A stretch of 63,873 nt of DNA, filler included, from 5 parts of 5 records of this genome joined end to end with filler, not necessarily neighbours in it, one strand, 5' to 3'. Numbered from the whole stretch's first letter, positions 19,088-29,133 are shown. A program made the numbers and translations. Notes: generated by a model from the letters alone, not told the origin.

Positions 19088-21636
19088 TCCACCCCCAATG
19101 CCGCGCCAGCGCCAGCGAAGTAGGGGGCAAGCCGGTTGACCTGCTCTGGCTTCAATTTCACCCTGCCGGGGTCGGTCAGCAAGAGCCGAAACAGTTCCGG
19201 ATCGCGCACAGCGTCCATCAAAAGCTGTTCCGCTTTGTCATTCTGCAGATTACCCAGCATCTCTTTGACCCTGCCGGAGGCCATATTGGCGGTTTGGATA
19301 GATGCGCCGCTACTACCGCCACCGGCTTTGGCACCCTGCTTGGCGGCAATGATACGGGCCACCATTTCAATGATGCGGTTGGGCGACCTTGGAGAAAGAC
19401 CACCAATATCGGGGGTGGCTTTCCGGCCATTGCGGAGTTTGACCAGCTCAATCGCGATGATGTCCATTCTGCGCAGTTCAGCGGGGGCCACGACCTTGGC
19501 GAAGGTGGCCCGCAGTTCTGGCTTTTGCAGTATCTTGCGCATCGCGTCACCGGACAACCCGTTTACATCCGTGCTGTTGCGGATCAGGTAATCAGCAAAA
19601 GCACCTTTAAGGCCGTCCAAAGCCGCCCCATTCGGGTCTTTGCGGGCAGTGGCCGCAAGCTGATGCGCCGCGACCGTCGGCCTTTTTGCCTTGAATACCG
19701 CATCTGCTGCGTTCTCCGTTGGGGCCTGTGTAAAAGCTGCGCTGATAGATTTGGACGGGTTCTGCATGTCGGTCAACACTTGGCTGGCGCGTTGTCGGGT
19801 GTTCAAAGCCCTGCCTTGGGTTTGCAAAGCCTGCTCAAATGTATCTCGTAGATAGGGGAAACGCTGCAGCAGCTCGGCATTGTCCCGCATGAACCGCCGA
19901 CCCGCGCCCGCATTGAACCCACCGTCTGGGGCGAAGGCTGCACGGTCAAACCTTGATCGCAGGTAGTCCTCAAGGGGTTGTACGGACTTGCTGCCCGCTG
20001 CGTCCAAGATGTTATCTGCGCCAACCGCGCCGGTCGACCCACCTCGCCCAAGAGAGCGCTCAAGCGTTAGAGCTGGGTCAATCGTATTGTCTCCGTCCAG
20101 CGTCCGATTGAGCAGCTTGCCTACAACGCCCTGGCTGAATATCTGGTGTTTTTCCGCAGAGAACGCCCGCGCCGCGTCAATGCTGCGCCCAACATCCGTT
20201 TGCCCGGCACCGGCTCCCAGATCATCAAGAATTGCGTCAGCGATGTTGTCGGCGATACGGGCCATGTTGCGCTGCTGATTGTTGCCCGCTCTTGCCGCGC
20301 GGGCGGTCTCGCGCAGCTTGGAATAAAGACCGTGCATTTCGTTGACGGTCTCAAAGTCGCCAAGGGGGTTGTTGCTGTCACCACTCAAAAGTTCGCGGGC
20401 AATTTGAGGGATGTCGCCTTGCTGGGCGCGGGGCGTAGAGGCTATAGCCTGTGCTGCCGCCTGTTTGGCGTTGCTGGTGCCAACTTGAGCAGCCCTCGGA
20501 ACCGCATCCCAAAGTTGCCGTTCCTGCTGCTCTGCAGCCCGTTCTGCCAATCGGATCTGTCCAGCCACCTCTTGGCTGTTGACCATTTCCGAGTTGCGGG
20601 CGGTTGGCCGTAGCACTCCATTTGTTGCCCTGTCGACAAAGCCGAGAATGTTCTCTCGGGCGCTGGTTCGACGGGCTTCAAAGAAGCTTTGCGCATCGGC
20701 AGGATTTCCGCCCATACCTCGCACCTGATTTGCTGCATTCTGCTGACCTGCATCTGCCCACGCATCAATATCTGCTCTGAGTACGGGATTCCGGCGCATA
20801 GCCTCCTGTTCAAGAGCAAGGAGGTTTGGATCACCAACCTGTTGTGCCGGTGTAAGGCCAATTTCTGACGGGCCAATATTCCGGGCCAACTCGGCAGCGC
20901 GATCAGGACCGCCTGCAAGTTCCTGAACCCTCTGTCGAGCAACCTCGCGCCCACCAGTGTTGGTGTAGGGCATCATCGCGGTCTTCACAGCGCCAGACAG
21001 CTTACGTGCCCCTACGGCGCTCGGAGTGCTACGCACCAAGCCGGGGATGCCCGCCGTTGTAGCGCCGCCTAGAACGCCTGCGGTGGTCTGCGCCCACTGA
21101 GGTGCCCCAGCGTCCTCTGCAAGCCCCTGAGCAGCCTCTGCGCCTCCGCCTGCGAAGACTTCTGAGACAAACCCCATCCCGTTGTTCAGTGCTTTGGATG
21201 CATCACCTGCAACTTGACCGATCAAGCCCGGAGCTTTCGACAAGCCTTGCATCGCCGTTCCAGCAAACGGCGCGGCTCCAGCAGCCTGTCCGGCACCTCG
21301 CGCGAAGTTCTCAACCAGCCCTTCCGGATCACCTGATGCACGGTTAACGCCAATGGCATCCATACCTTGTTCAAGTCCTGTGACAGCGGACCCCGTGCCT
21401 TCGGCGAATGGGTTGAGGGCGTGTGGCTGATCGAAGGGATTGATTAGGTCGACAATGCCGCCAGCACTTTCCGCAATGCCTTGGTTCAAGTTCGCCATGA
21501 AGCCACCATTGCGGTCCTGCAAGGATGCCGCGATTTCTTCCACAGTGGCTTCCTGTTCATCTGGCGGCAATTGCAGAAACGAAGGGTCGACCTTAACCCG
21601 ATGACCATCCACAGTCAGGGTGATTTCGTTGCTCAT
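19084..21636 (-). CDS. phage internal virion / DNA ejection-like protein
   Basis: about 850 aa, Ala/Gln/Gly-rich and helical; N-terminal ITLTVDGHRVKVDPSFLQLPPDEQEATVEEIA resembles alphaproteobacterial podovirus-type ejection proteins; GGAGG RBS before ATG 21636. Confidence 0.6.
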   Translation of the reverse strand: MSNEITLTVDGHRVKVDPSFLQLPPDEQEATVEEIAASLQDRNGGFMANLNQGIAESAGGIVDLINPFDQPHALNPFAEGTGSAVTGLEQGMDAIGVNRASGDPEGLVENFARGAGQAAGAAPFAGTAMQGLSKAPGLIGQVAGDASKALNNGMGFVSEVFAGGGAEAAQGLAEDAGAPQWAQTTAGVLGGATTAGIPGLVRSTPSAVGARKLSGAVKTAMMPYTNTGGREVARQRVQELAGGPDRAAELARNIGPSEIGLTPAQQVGDPNLLALEQEAMRRNPVLRADIDAWADAGQQNAANQVRGMGGNPADAQSFFEARRTSARENILGFVDRATNGVLRPTARNSEMVNSQEVAGQIRLAERAAEQQERQLWDAVPRAAQVGTSNAKQAAAQAIASTPRAQQGDIPQIARELLSGDSNNPLGDFETVNEMHGLYSKLRETARAARAGNNQQRNMARIADNIADAILDDLGAGAGQTDVGRSIDAARAFSAEKHQIFSQGVVGKLLNRTLDGDNTIDPALTLERSLGRGGSTGAVGADNILDAAGSKSVQPLEDYLRSRFDRAAFAPDGGFNAGAGRRFMRDNAELLQRFPYLRDTFEQALQTQGRALNTRQRASQVLTDMQNPSKSISAAFTQAPTENAADAVFKAKRPTVAAHQLAATARKDPNGAALDGLKGAFADYLIRNSTDVNGLSGDAMRKILQKPELRATFAKVVAPAELRRMDIIAIELVKLRNGRKATPDIGGLSPRSPNRIIEMVARIIAAKQGAKAGGGSSGASIQTANMASGRVKEMLGNLQNDKAEQLLMDAVRDPELFRLLLTDPGRVKLKPEQVNRLAPYFAGAGAALGVE

Positions 21637-21695
21637 TGCTCGATCCTCCATTGAACACCGTTCCGGGTCGTATTGCTTGCCCCTCCACCGAATTG
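21633..21695 (-). CDS. C-terminus of an upstream phage protein (...QFGGGASNTTRNGVQWRIEQ*), partial
   Basis: its TGA overlaps the next ATG (ATGA); a GV-W-IE tail is typical of the preceding ejection protein, from memory. Confidence 0.5.
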   Translation of the reverse strand, partial: QFGGGASNTTRNGVQWRIEQ

Positions 21696-21697
21696 GC

Positions 21698-21797
21698 NNN
21701 NNNNNNNNNNNNNNNNNNNNNNNNNNNNNNNNNNNNNNNNNTTAATTAATTAANNNNNNNNNNNNNNNNNNNNNNNNNNNNNNNNNNNNNNNNNNNN
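21698..21797. other. artificial contig linker
   Basis: N44-TTAATTAATTAA-N44. Confidence 0.99.
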
Positions 21798-21885
21798 TCA
21801 TAATTCCAATCATAAAGGATTTACTGGAAGCTTAGCTTAGTAGACGAGGTTATAGACAAAAAAAATAAAAGTAAAGCTTATTTAT

Positions 21886-21919
21886 TTTCAATTTGAAATA
21901 TATTTTTTCAATTTGAAAA
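21886..21919. promoter_or_regulatory. twin palindromic enhancer (UAS) 1
   Basis: TTTCAATTTGAAA and TTTTCAATTTGAAAA, centres at 21892 and 21912. Confidence 0.7.
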
Positions 21920-22022
21920 TATATAAACCCCTTTTTGTTGTCATCAAAAAGAACTCAAATTATTGCGTATCGCTTTTTCTTAAAGGGATTGAATAAGGGT
22001 GTGAATAGAAATAACAATTCTG

Positions 22023-22040
22023 TTGGCACGGCCTTTTCTA
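22023..22040 (+). promoter_or_regulatory. putative sigma54 -24/-12 promoter
   Basis: TTGGCACG-GCCT-TTTCTA; perfect -24 element, non-canonical -12. Confidence 0.6.
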
Positions 22041-22085
22041 TAGTATCATCAAACAAAAACAAATTATTAATTAAAAACAAACAAA

Positions 22086-22901
22086 ATGAAAAAGCTAAGA
22101 TTTATTCCAATTGCGATAGCTGCAAGTTTATTATTGTTTACAGCATGTAAAAAAGAAAGTTACGAAACCGAAGACACGGCCGAACCAAGAGAGTTTAAAG
22201 TGAATATGACCGATAATCCTGGAGATTATGAAGCCTTAACAGTAGAAATCTCGTCTGTGGAAGCTTATAACGAGCAATCTGGATGGGTGACCTTGAATAG
22301 TCAATCTCAGATTGTAAGTGTATTAGAACTTACTAATGGTAAAGAAACCACAATTGCAACAATGCAACAAGCTGAGTTAGGTGCCTATTCTAAACTGAAA
22401 ATTAAGTTTGGTAATGAACACAAACTTACACTTAAAAGTAGTGTAGAAATAGGAGGAATCGCTTCAACTACAACAGCAGTATTTCAGTTAGGGTTCGAAG
22501 GACCTAAGGATATTGAAATTGAAATCAATGAAGAAATTTCTTCTACAACAGGAGCTGACGTATTGATTGACTTTGATGTCGCTCAATCAATTAAAGAAGA
22601 CGGTGAAAATTATGTAATTAAGCCAACTTTGAAATGGATTGAAGACAGAGCAACAGGTGTTGATGGTAAAGTTAAAGGATCAGCAAGTGCTGCACTAGTT
22701 TTAACAAATGGTCAAGATTCTTTTAGCGCCTATACCAACGCAGAAGGAGAATTCTTAATCCGTGGTATGAAAGAGGGAACATATGATTTAATTGTATACC
22801 CTATTCAAGAAAACGGAGAAGAAATGATGGAAGAGAAAGTGATTGAAGGAGTAGTGGTTGTTGAAGGTAAAATAAAAAGTGCCGGAACAATCAGGTTCTA
22901 A
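22086..22901 (+). CDS. DUF4382 lipoprotein with C-terminal carboxypeptidase-regulatory-like domain
   Basis: lipobox FTAC; VNMTDNPGDY, LIDFDVAQSI, YVIKP; TNAEGEFLIRGMKEGTYDL. Confidence 0.85.
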   Translation: MKKLRFIPIAIAASLLLFTACKKESYETEDTAEPREFKVNMTDNPGDYEALTVEISSVEAYNEQSGWVTLNSQSQIVSVLELTNGKETTIATMQQAELGAYSKLKIKFGNEHKLTLKSSVEIGGIASTTTAVFQLGFEGPKDIEIEINEEISSTTGADVLIDFDVAQSIKEDGENYVIKPTLKWIEDRATGVDGKVKGSASAALVLTNGQDSFSAYTNAEGEFLIRGMKEGTYDLIVYPIQENGEEMMEEKVIEGVVVVEGKIKSAGTIRF

Positions 22902-22923
22902 TAAAGACCGATAGAAGAGGGAT

Positions 22924-22953
22924 GGAAAAAGGGAACTCAGGTTCCCTTTTTCC
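22924..22953 (+). terminator. rho-independent terminator
   Basis: GGAAAAAGGGAAC-TCAG-GTTCCCTTTTTCC. Confidence 0.75.
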
Positions 22954-22982
22954 TGTTTAAGTGAACACCAAAAAAAACAATA

Positions 22983-23414
22983 GTGATGATAGCAAATGAC
23001 AACAATATCAAAATTGTAATAGTAGAGGATAATAAGTTTTTTAACAGCGCATTAACTCAGAAAATCAAACAATACGTTAAAAAATTAAGTTCCAAATACA
23101 AGGTAGATTTTACAATTAATACCTATGTTAAATCAGAGGATTTCATCATGAATATGAGGAACGACATTGATATCATCTTTACTGACTTTTATTTGGGTGA
23201 TGGCGTGAATGCCAAATACATTTTAAAAAGAGTGAACCTATATTGTGATCACAGTGCAGTGGTGGTTATTTCTGAGAGAAAAGACAAACAAAACTATGAA
23301 GAGATTAAGGCGCTTGGGGCCGATAAGTTTATTTTTAAGGATGAAAACGTCCTTAACAATGTTAGTTATTATTTGAATCGTTATATGAATTTGAATTATA
23401 ATTCAAGTGTCTAA
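22983..23414 (+). CDS. single-domain response regulator
   Basis: IVIVEDN, DIIFTD (phospho-Asp), VVISE, FIFKD. Confidence 0.85.
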   Translation: MMIANDNNIKIVIVEDNKFFNSALTQKIKQYVKKLSSKYKVDFTINTYVKSEDFIMNMRNDIDIIFTDFYLGDGVNAKYILKRVNLYCDHSAVVVISERKDKQNYEEIKALGADKFIFKDENVLNNVSYYLNRYMNLNYNSSV

Positions 23415-23477
23415 ATAAATTCAATAATTGATCACTTGTGAAAGCGACTAACTTAAAAATTCAACTATATTAATACT

Positions 23478-25916
23478 ATGACAAAAAGGTTTTCTTTTGA
23501 AATTAAAATAACAGGGATTTTGTTGATTGTCCTGGCTTTGGTCACCATTACAGGGATATTTGCCTATCAAAGATTTACAGGCATTGTAAATCAAATTAGT
23601 GAAAACTTGCGACCTGATATGAGGTTGTTGACTGCAAAGGCTCTGATTAATCATATCAATGATGCCGAAATATCAGTAAAATCCTATAGAATAACTGAAG
23701 ACACTCTATATCTGACAGAATTTTATGAATCGGTTCAAATGGCTGATGAAAAATTGACCGAACTACACAATATTTCAAATGAACACTTAAAAAGTGAACG
23801 CCAATTCAGATTAAATGAATTGGATACATTAATTAGTGAAAAAGTGAGAGGCTTAAATGAACTCTTGTTGTTGCAAGATGGTTTTAGAACTCAAAAGGCT
23901 CTGGACAAAGTTGTAGATGAAATTGAAAAGTCTACTCTAAAGAATAAGAATCAAATTAATGATAGTATTCCCGTTGAAGAAGAAAAGCGAAAACTCTTTG
24001 GTTGGTTGTTCAAAAAAAAGGCGATAGACTCAATAGTGCCTATTGATTCTACAGCAGAAATAAGTCTTGAAAATATCAGTAATGAAGTAAAACAGGTCAA
24101 AAAAGAAGAATTTAAAATTGAAGAAGCCTTAAAAAAGAAGGAGCTAGATTTTATCGTTCAGGATCAATTTATTACTAAAAAGATAATGGCCTTCTTTGAT
24201 GAATTTGAGGCAGCCGAGTTAGAAGAGATGGCCAAACAGTCAGAGCAAGCTGAATTGGCAATTCACAAAACCAATAAGCAAATTGCATGGTTTTGTGTGA
24301 TTACTGGAGTATTGGTGGTATTAATGGCTTTCGTAATTATTAATTACGTACGAAATAATAACAAGTATCGAAAGGCCTTAAAAAGATCCAAAAATGAAGC
24401 TGAAGAATTAGTAAGAACTAAACAAAAATTCTTGGCCAATATGAGCCATGAGATTCGTACCCCAATGAATGCCATTGCTGGGTTTTCTGAGCAGATAGGA
24501 CAAGGTCCTTTGACTGAAACCCAGCGATCTCAGTTAAATATGGTGCAAAAATCTACTGATCACCTTTTGCATTTAATTAATGAAGTATTGGACTTGTCTA
24601 AGCTTCAGGCCAATAAAATTAAACTCGAGCAAATCGGTTTCAAACCAAAAGAATTAATGAAAGATATTGCCGTTTTCTTAGAAAACGAAATCGGTAAAAA
24701 ACCTATAGAATCCTATTCCGAAATAGGCGATAAGGTTCCAGATGTCCTAATTGGTGACCCTTTCAGGCTGCAACAAATTCTTTTTAATTTATTAAGTAAT
24801 GCAGTGAAATTTACCGACCACGGATCCATTACCCTAAAAACTTCAACTCTCCTGAAATCTCAAAAAGATTGTGTTTTACGAATCGAGGTAATTGATACTG
24901 GAATCGGTATGGAGAAAAAACACTTAGAAAAAGTGTTTATGGAGTTCGAACAAGCTGAACGGAGTACTTCAAGAAATTATGGTGGGACGGGTTTAGGTCT
25001 TTCTATTGTCAAATTATTGGTGGATCTCTACAAGGGGAACATAGATTTAAAGTCAACTCCAGAGGTTGGAACGGCTATCACATTCGAGATTCCATTTAAA
25101 ATTGGTCAGGAAAGAGATATTCCGGTCAAAGAAAAATTTGATCAAGTAAATTATTCGCAAATAGAGAATCTGAAAGTATTAATTGTAGATGATGAAAAAT
25201 TCAATCGCCTGCTATTGATTTCTATATTGAAGAAATTAAACATGAAATACACCGAAGCGGTTAACGGTGAGGAAGCTGTTGAAGAGCTGATTCAAAATGA
25301 TTACGATTTAATTTTAATGGACATTAGAATGCCAAGATTAAATGGTATCAAAGCAACCAAACAAATCAGAAAATTGAAGGATTTAAAAAAGGCCAACACG
25401 CCAATTATTGCCTTAACCGCAGCCGTTTCAGAAGAGGATAAAATGAAATATTTTAAGGCTGGAATGAATGGCTTTTTGGCAAAACCTTATAAAGAAGAGC
25501 AACTATTAAATAATATCAAAACGTGTTTGCAATTTGAAGCGTCTCAATCAGATGCTATTAAAGAACCGAAAAATATGAACTTAGAATTAGAAGAATTGAA
25601 AAAGTTGGCCGGTGATGACCAAGAGTTTTATTTGGATATGCTGAAAACATTCATCTCTGGAACTGAAGAGGGAATAGAGAAATTAGAAATTTGTATAGCT
25701 GAGAAGAATTGGGATGACACCGCAGAATATGCACATAAAATATCTTCACCATGTAAGCATTTGGGTGCAAACGAATTGCACGGGTATTTAAAAGAGATGG
25801 AGAGAATTTGTAGGGATGGAGGTGATACTTCAACTATTTCAGATATTTTTGATAAAGCAAAGAATGAAGCAGTAAAGGCCATTAAATTGGTCCAAATTGA
25901 AATTGAGGCACAATAA
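23478..25916 (+). CDS. hybrid sensor histidine kinase (2 TM, CHASE3-like sensor, HisKA, HATPase, REC, HPt)
   Basis: FLANMSHEIRTPMN, NLLSNAVKFT, DTGIGM, GGTGLGL, LMDIRMP, AHKISSP. Confidence 0.95.
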   Translation: MTKRFSFEIKITGILLIVLALVTITGIFAYQRFTGIVNQISENLRPDMRLLTAKALINHINDAEISVKSYRITEDTLYLTEFYESVQMADEKLTELHNISNEHLKSERQFRLNELDTLISEKVRGLNELLLLQDGFRTQKALDKVVDEIEKSTLKNKNQINDSIPVEEEKRKLFGWLFKKKAIDSIVPIDSTAEISLENISNEVKQVKKEEFKIEEALKKKELDFIVQDQFITKKIMAFFDEFEAAELEEMAKQSEQAELAIHKTNKQIAWFCVITGVLVVLMAFVIINYVRNNNKYRKALKRSKNEAEELVRTKQKFLANMSHEIRTPMNAIAGFSEQIGQGPLTETQRSQLNMVQKSTDHLLHLINEVLDLSKLQANKIKLEQIGFKPKELMKDIAVFLENEIGKKPIESYSEIGDKVPDVLIGDPFRLQQILFNLLSNAVKFTDHGSITLKTSTLLKSQKDCVLRIEVIDTGIGMEKKHLEKVFMEFEQAERSTSRNYGGTGLGLSIVKLLVDLYKGNIDLKSTPEVGTAITFEIPFKIGQERDIPVKEKFDQVNYSQIENLKVLIVDDEKFNRLLLISILKKLNMKYTEAVNGEEAVEELIQNDYDLILMDIRMPRLNGIKATKQIRKLKDLKKANTPIIALTAAVSEEDKMKYFKAGMNGFLAKPYKEEQLLNNIKTCLQFEASQSDAIKEPKNMNLELEELKKLAGDDQEFYLDMLKTFISGTEEGIEKLEICIAEKNWDDTAEYAHKISSPCKHLGANELHGYLKEMERICRDGGDTSTISDIFDKAKNEAVKAIKLVQIEIEAQ

Positions 25917-25939
25917 TTAAGGAAATCGAATAAGGATTT

Positions 25940-27292
25940 ATGTCAGAAAAAGGTTTTACGATTTACGTAGCAGAGGATAACGAATGGTACAATAAGTTAA
26001 TTGTCCATAATTTATCATTAAATCCTGACTTTAACGTCAAGGGTTTTCTTAATGGTAAAGATTTACTTGAAAATCTATCGGATGCACCAGATATTGTAAC
26101 CATAGATTATCGATTACCTGATATTACTGGTGATGAACTGCTAGCTAAAATAAAGGCAGTCAATCCAACCATTGAAGTCATTGTCATTTCTGAACAAGAT
26201 GAAATTGAAATTGCAGTTGATTTGTTGAAAACGGGCGCTGCGGATTATATTGTTAAATCAAAAGATATTCAAGAGCGTTTATTGAAAATTGTCAATACGG
26301 TTAGAACTACATCTAAGCTTAAAAAGGAAATTGTCTCTCTAAAAAGAGAGGTGAAAGGTAAATACGCTTTCGAAAAAACCATGATTGGTAAAAGTAAGCC
26401 TATGCAACAGGTTTTTGATATGATGTCAAAAGCTGTGAATACGAATATCAATGTCACCATTACTGGAGAAACTGGTACTGGAAAAGAAGTTGTAGCTAAA
26501 GCCATTCATTATAATTCCTATTGTGCCGATAAGCCTTTTGTCGCAATTAATATGGCCGCTATTCCTGCAGATTTATTAGAAAGTGAATTGTTCGGTCATG
26601 AAAAAGGGGCTTTTACAGGAGCTCATGCTCGACGGATTGGAAAGTTTGAAGAAGCTGGTGAAGGAACACTGTTCTTAGACGAAATAGGGGAGATGGACAT
26701 TACCTTTCAAGCGAAACTGTTAAGGGCATTACAAGAGAGAGAAATAGTAAGGGTTGGATCCAATAAATCTATAAAAATCAAATGTAGAATTATTGTAGCA
26801 ACCAATAGAACCCTTCAAAATGAGGTGAAAGCAGGTAATTTTAGAGAAGATTTGTATTTCAGATTAATCGGTCTTCCAATTCACCTTCCACCATTAAAAG
26901 AGCGTAATAAAGATGTTTTAATTCTTGCTAAACATTTTATTAACGCATTCTGCAAAGAGAATGGACTTGAAGAAAAGGGAATTGATGAAGATGCGCAGAA
27001 AAAATTGTTGTCTTATCAATGGCCAGGTAATATTCGTGAATTAAAGTCGGTTGTTGAACTAGGTGTTGTAATGAGCTCAGGAGACCATATTTCAGCTCAG
27101 GATTTATCATTGAATTCCGAAGATGCTTTACCAAACGTGCTGACAGAAGAATTAAGTTTAAGAGAATACAATCGAAGAATTGTGAATTTGTACATGGATA
27201 AATACAGCAATGACACCAAGCTGGTTGCTGAAAAACTGGATATCGGACAAACAACAGTTTATCGATTACTCAAAGAAATGTCTGAAAAGTAA
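25940..27292 (+). CDS. NtrC-family sigma54-dependent response regulator
   Basis: REC domain; GETGTGKE; ESELFGHEKGAFTGA; FLDEIGEM; WPGNIREL; Fis-type HTH. Confidence 0.96.
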   Translation: MSEKGFTIYVAEDNEWYNKLIVHNLSLNPDFNVKGFLNGKDLLENLSDAPDIVTIDYRLPDITGDELLAKIKAVNPTIEVIVISEQDEIEIAVDLLKTGAADYIVKSKDIQERLLKIVNTVRTTSKLKKEIVSLKREVKGKYAFEKTMIGKSKPMQQVFDMMSKAVNTNINVTITGETGTGKEVVAKAIHYNSYCADKPFVAINMAAIPADLLESELFGHEKGAFTGAHARRIGKFEEAGEGTLFLDEIGEMDITFQAKLLRALQEREIVRVGSNKSIKIKCRIIVATNRTLQNEVKAGNFREDLYFRLIGLPIHLPPLKERNKDVLILAKHFINAFCKENGLEEKGIDEDAQKKLLSYQWPGNIRELKSVVELGVVMSSGDHISAQDLSLNSEDALPNVLTEELSLREYNRRIVNLYMDKYSNDTKLVAEKLDIGQTTVYRLLKEMSEK

Positions 27293-27502
27293 ACCCTCAG
27301 CATTAAAGGTTGTTTCATAAGAATTTATAGCTCATTCAGAGCGAATGCATGTGTAGGAAATACAATTTATCGTTGATCCTTGTGCGAACTGCCTTCTAAT
27401 AATTTCTCATTTTCTAGCAAAATATCATTGTGACTGAATTAAAAGTCGCTTGACTTTTTAATTCAAGTCTCTCCGAGAATGTCCATAAATCAACTTTCTA
27501 TT

Positions 27503-27536
27503 TTCAATTTGAACTGGGCTTTTTCAAATTGAAAAA
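27503..27536. promoter_or_regulatory. twin palindromic enhancer (UAS) 2
   Basis: TTCAATTTGAA and TTTTTCAAATTGAAAAA, centres at 27508 and 27528. Confidence 0.7.
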
Positions 27537-27600
27537 AAATCAAATCATTTGAATTTTGGAACTCATAGTAAAATCAAGGGTTTCCAGGGTTTTGGCATAG

Positions 27601-27617
27601 CTGGCACTTAATTGGTA
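27601..27617 (+). promoter_or_regulatory. putative sigma54 -24/-12 promoter
   Basis: CTGGCAC-TTAAT-TGGTA; IHF-like AATCAAGGGTTT just upstream at about 27572. Confidence 0.55.
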
Positions 27618-27648
27618 TCTGTCTAATCGAATCAAAAAAACAAACAAC

Positions 27649-28080
27649 ATGTTAAAGAAGAAAAAATTTAAGATCGCGATTGTAGAGGACGATTTCTTCT
27701 ACAACCGAACATTGTCAAAATATATTAAAACTATCTGTAATTCAAGAACTTATCCGAATGCCGAGTTTGAGATTAAATCATTCAACACTGCTCATGACGC
27801 TATTCATGAATTGGAAGATGACTTAGACATCATGGTGCTGGACTATTATTTATTTGATCCAGAATCAGATGAAAAGTTGACCGGAGAGGATGTTTTGGAT
27901 GAGGTGAACCTTCACTGTAAAGATTGTAAGGTGATTATGATCTCTGCTCAGAAGGATGCTACAACTGCCATCCAGTTATTGAAAAAAGGTATTCACGAGT
28001 ATATAGACAAGAATATCAATTCTAACAACCGGCTAGGATCGATCATTCAAAAAGTAGTGCAAACTCAATTGCGAGCATAA
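27649..28080 (+). CDS. single-domain response regulator
   Basis: IAIVEDD, DIMVLDYYL, VIMISAQ, YIDKN. Confidence 0.88.
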   Translation: MLKKKKFKIAIVEDDFFYNRTLSKYIKTICNSRTYPNAEFEIKSFNTAHDAIHELEDDLDIMVLDYYLFDPESDEKLTGEDVLDEVNLHCKDCKVIMISAQKDATTAIQLLKKGIHEYIDKNINSNNRLGSIIQKVVQTQLRA

Positions 28081-28110
28081 TTTAAATAGTAAATAACCAT
28101 ATAATTTAAA

Positions 28111-29133
28111 ATGGAGGACCATAAAATGAAAAATCAAGGAGAAAAAATGCCCATGAGGCAAGAAAATCAGAAAAGTAGATCGAAAAGAATTTTGTTATTC
28201 GCAGTTCTTTTCTTTACGACAATGGGTCTCGGACTCTATGCTTTTAATCTGCATCAAAAGAATGATGCGATTAAAGAACAGGCCGAGCTAGACAAGAAAG
28301 CACTTCAAGATCAATTCAAAGTAACTTTTGGAGAGATTGAGAAGAATTTAGCAGCTGTTACAGCGCATGAAAGCACACTCAGATCTTCTATATTAGAAGA
28401 TGGCCAAAAAGGTCCTTTAACGGCTGAAGAAAGAGTACAGCAAGAAGTTTTGATCATTGAGGCTTTACTTGACCAAAACAACAGCATCATTGCAGATCTA
28501 ACAATGCAGTTGGGCGAAAATAATGCTGAATTGGCCGAGTATGCTCAAAAGAATAAGCGACTTCAGAAAAAACTACAGGTATTTGTTGTTAAAACTGAGG
28601 AACTTGAAGCATTGAATATTCAATTAGCGCAAGATCTAAATAAATCTGAATCTGAAAAATTAATACTTCAAGAAGAGCTGGTGGCACAAGTTGAATATAG
28701 TGATGCATTGAATAACTCATTGCTAGTTAAAGACGAGCAATTGTCAAAGAATCAGGCCGAAATTTCAAAACTTCATAAAAAAGTCAACACATCCTATTAT
28801 GTGGTGGGTGAATACAAGGAGTTGAGAGATCTAGATGTTGTTGAAAAAGAGGGTGGATTAATTGGAATTGGTGCATCTAAAACGCTGAAAGATGATTTTG
28901 ACGCTGATCAGTTCATTGAGATTGATAGACAGAATTATACAACAATCCCAGTATTTGCAAAAAGAGCTGAGTTAGCGACAAATCACCCAAGCAATAGTTA
29001 TCAGTGGGTAAAAGATAAAGACGGGGTTCAATGGTTGGAGATTACAAATCCAGCAGAATTCTGGAAAAGCTCAAAATACCTGGTAGTATTGACTGATAAG
29101 GAATTTGATTTCAATAAACCTAAGGCTGCATAA
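28111..29133 (+). CDS. membrane-anchored coiled-coil protein, Cbp1 adhesin-like
   Basis: N-terminal TM helix; long heptad region; C-terminal YYVVGEYKEL...EKEGGLIG...HPSNSY...LEITNPAEFWKSSKYLVV. Confidence 0.65.
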   Translation: MEDHKMKNQGEKMPMRQENQKSRSKRILLFAVLFFTTMGLGLYAFNLHQKNDAIKEQAELDKKALQDQFKVTFGEIEKNLAAVTAHESTLRSSILEDGQKGPLTAEERVQQEVLIIEALLDQNNSIIADLTMQLGENNAELAEYAQKNKRLQKKLQVFVVKTEELEALNIQLAQDLNKSESEKLILQEELVAQVEYSDALNNSLLVKDEQLSKNQAEISKLHKKVNTSYYVVGEYKELRDLDVVEKEGGLIGIGASKTLKDDFDADQFIEIDRQNYTTIPVFAKRAELATNHPSNSYQWVKDKDGVQWLEITNPAEFWKSSKYLVVLTDKEFDFNKPKAA

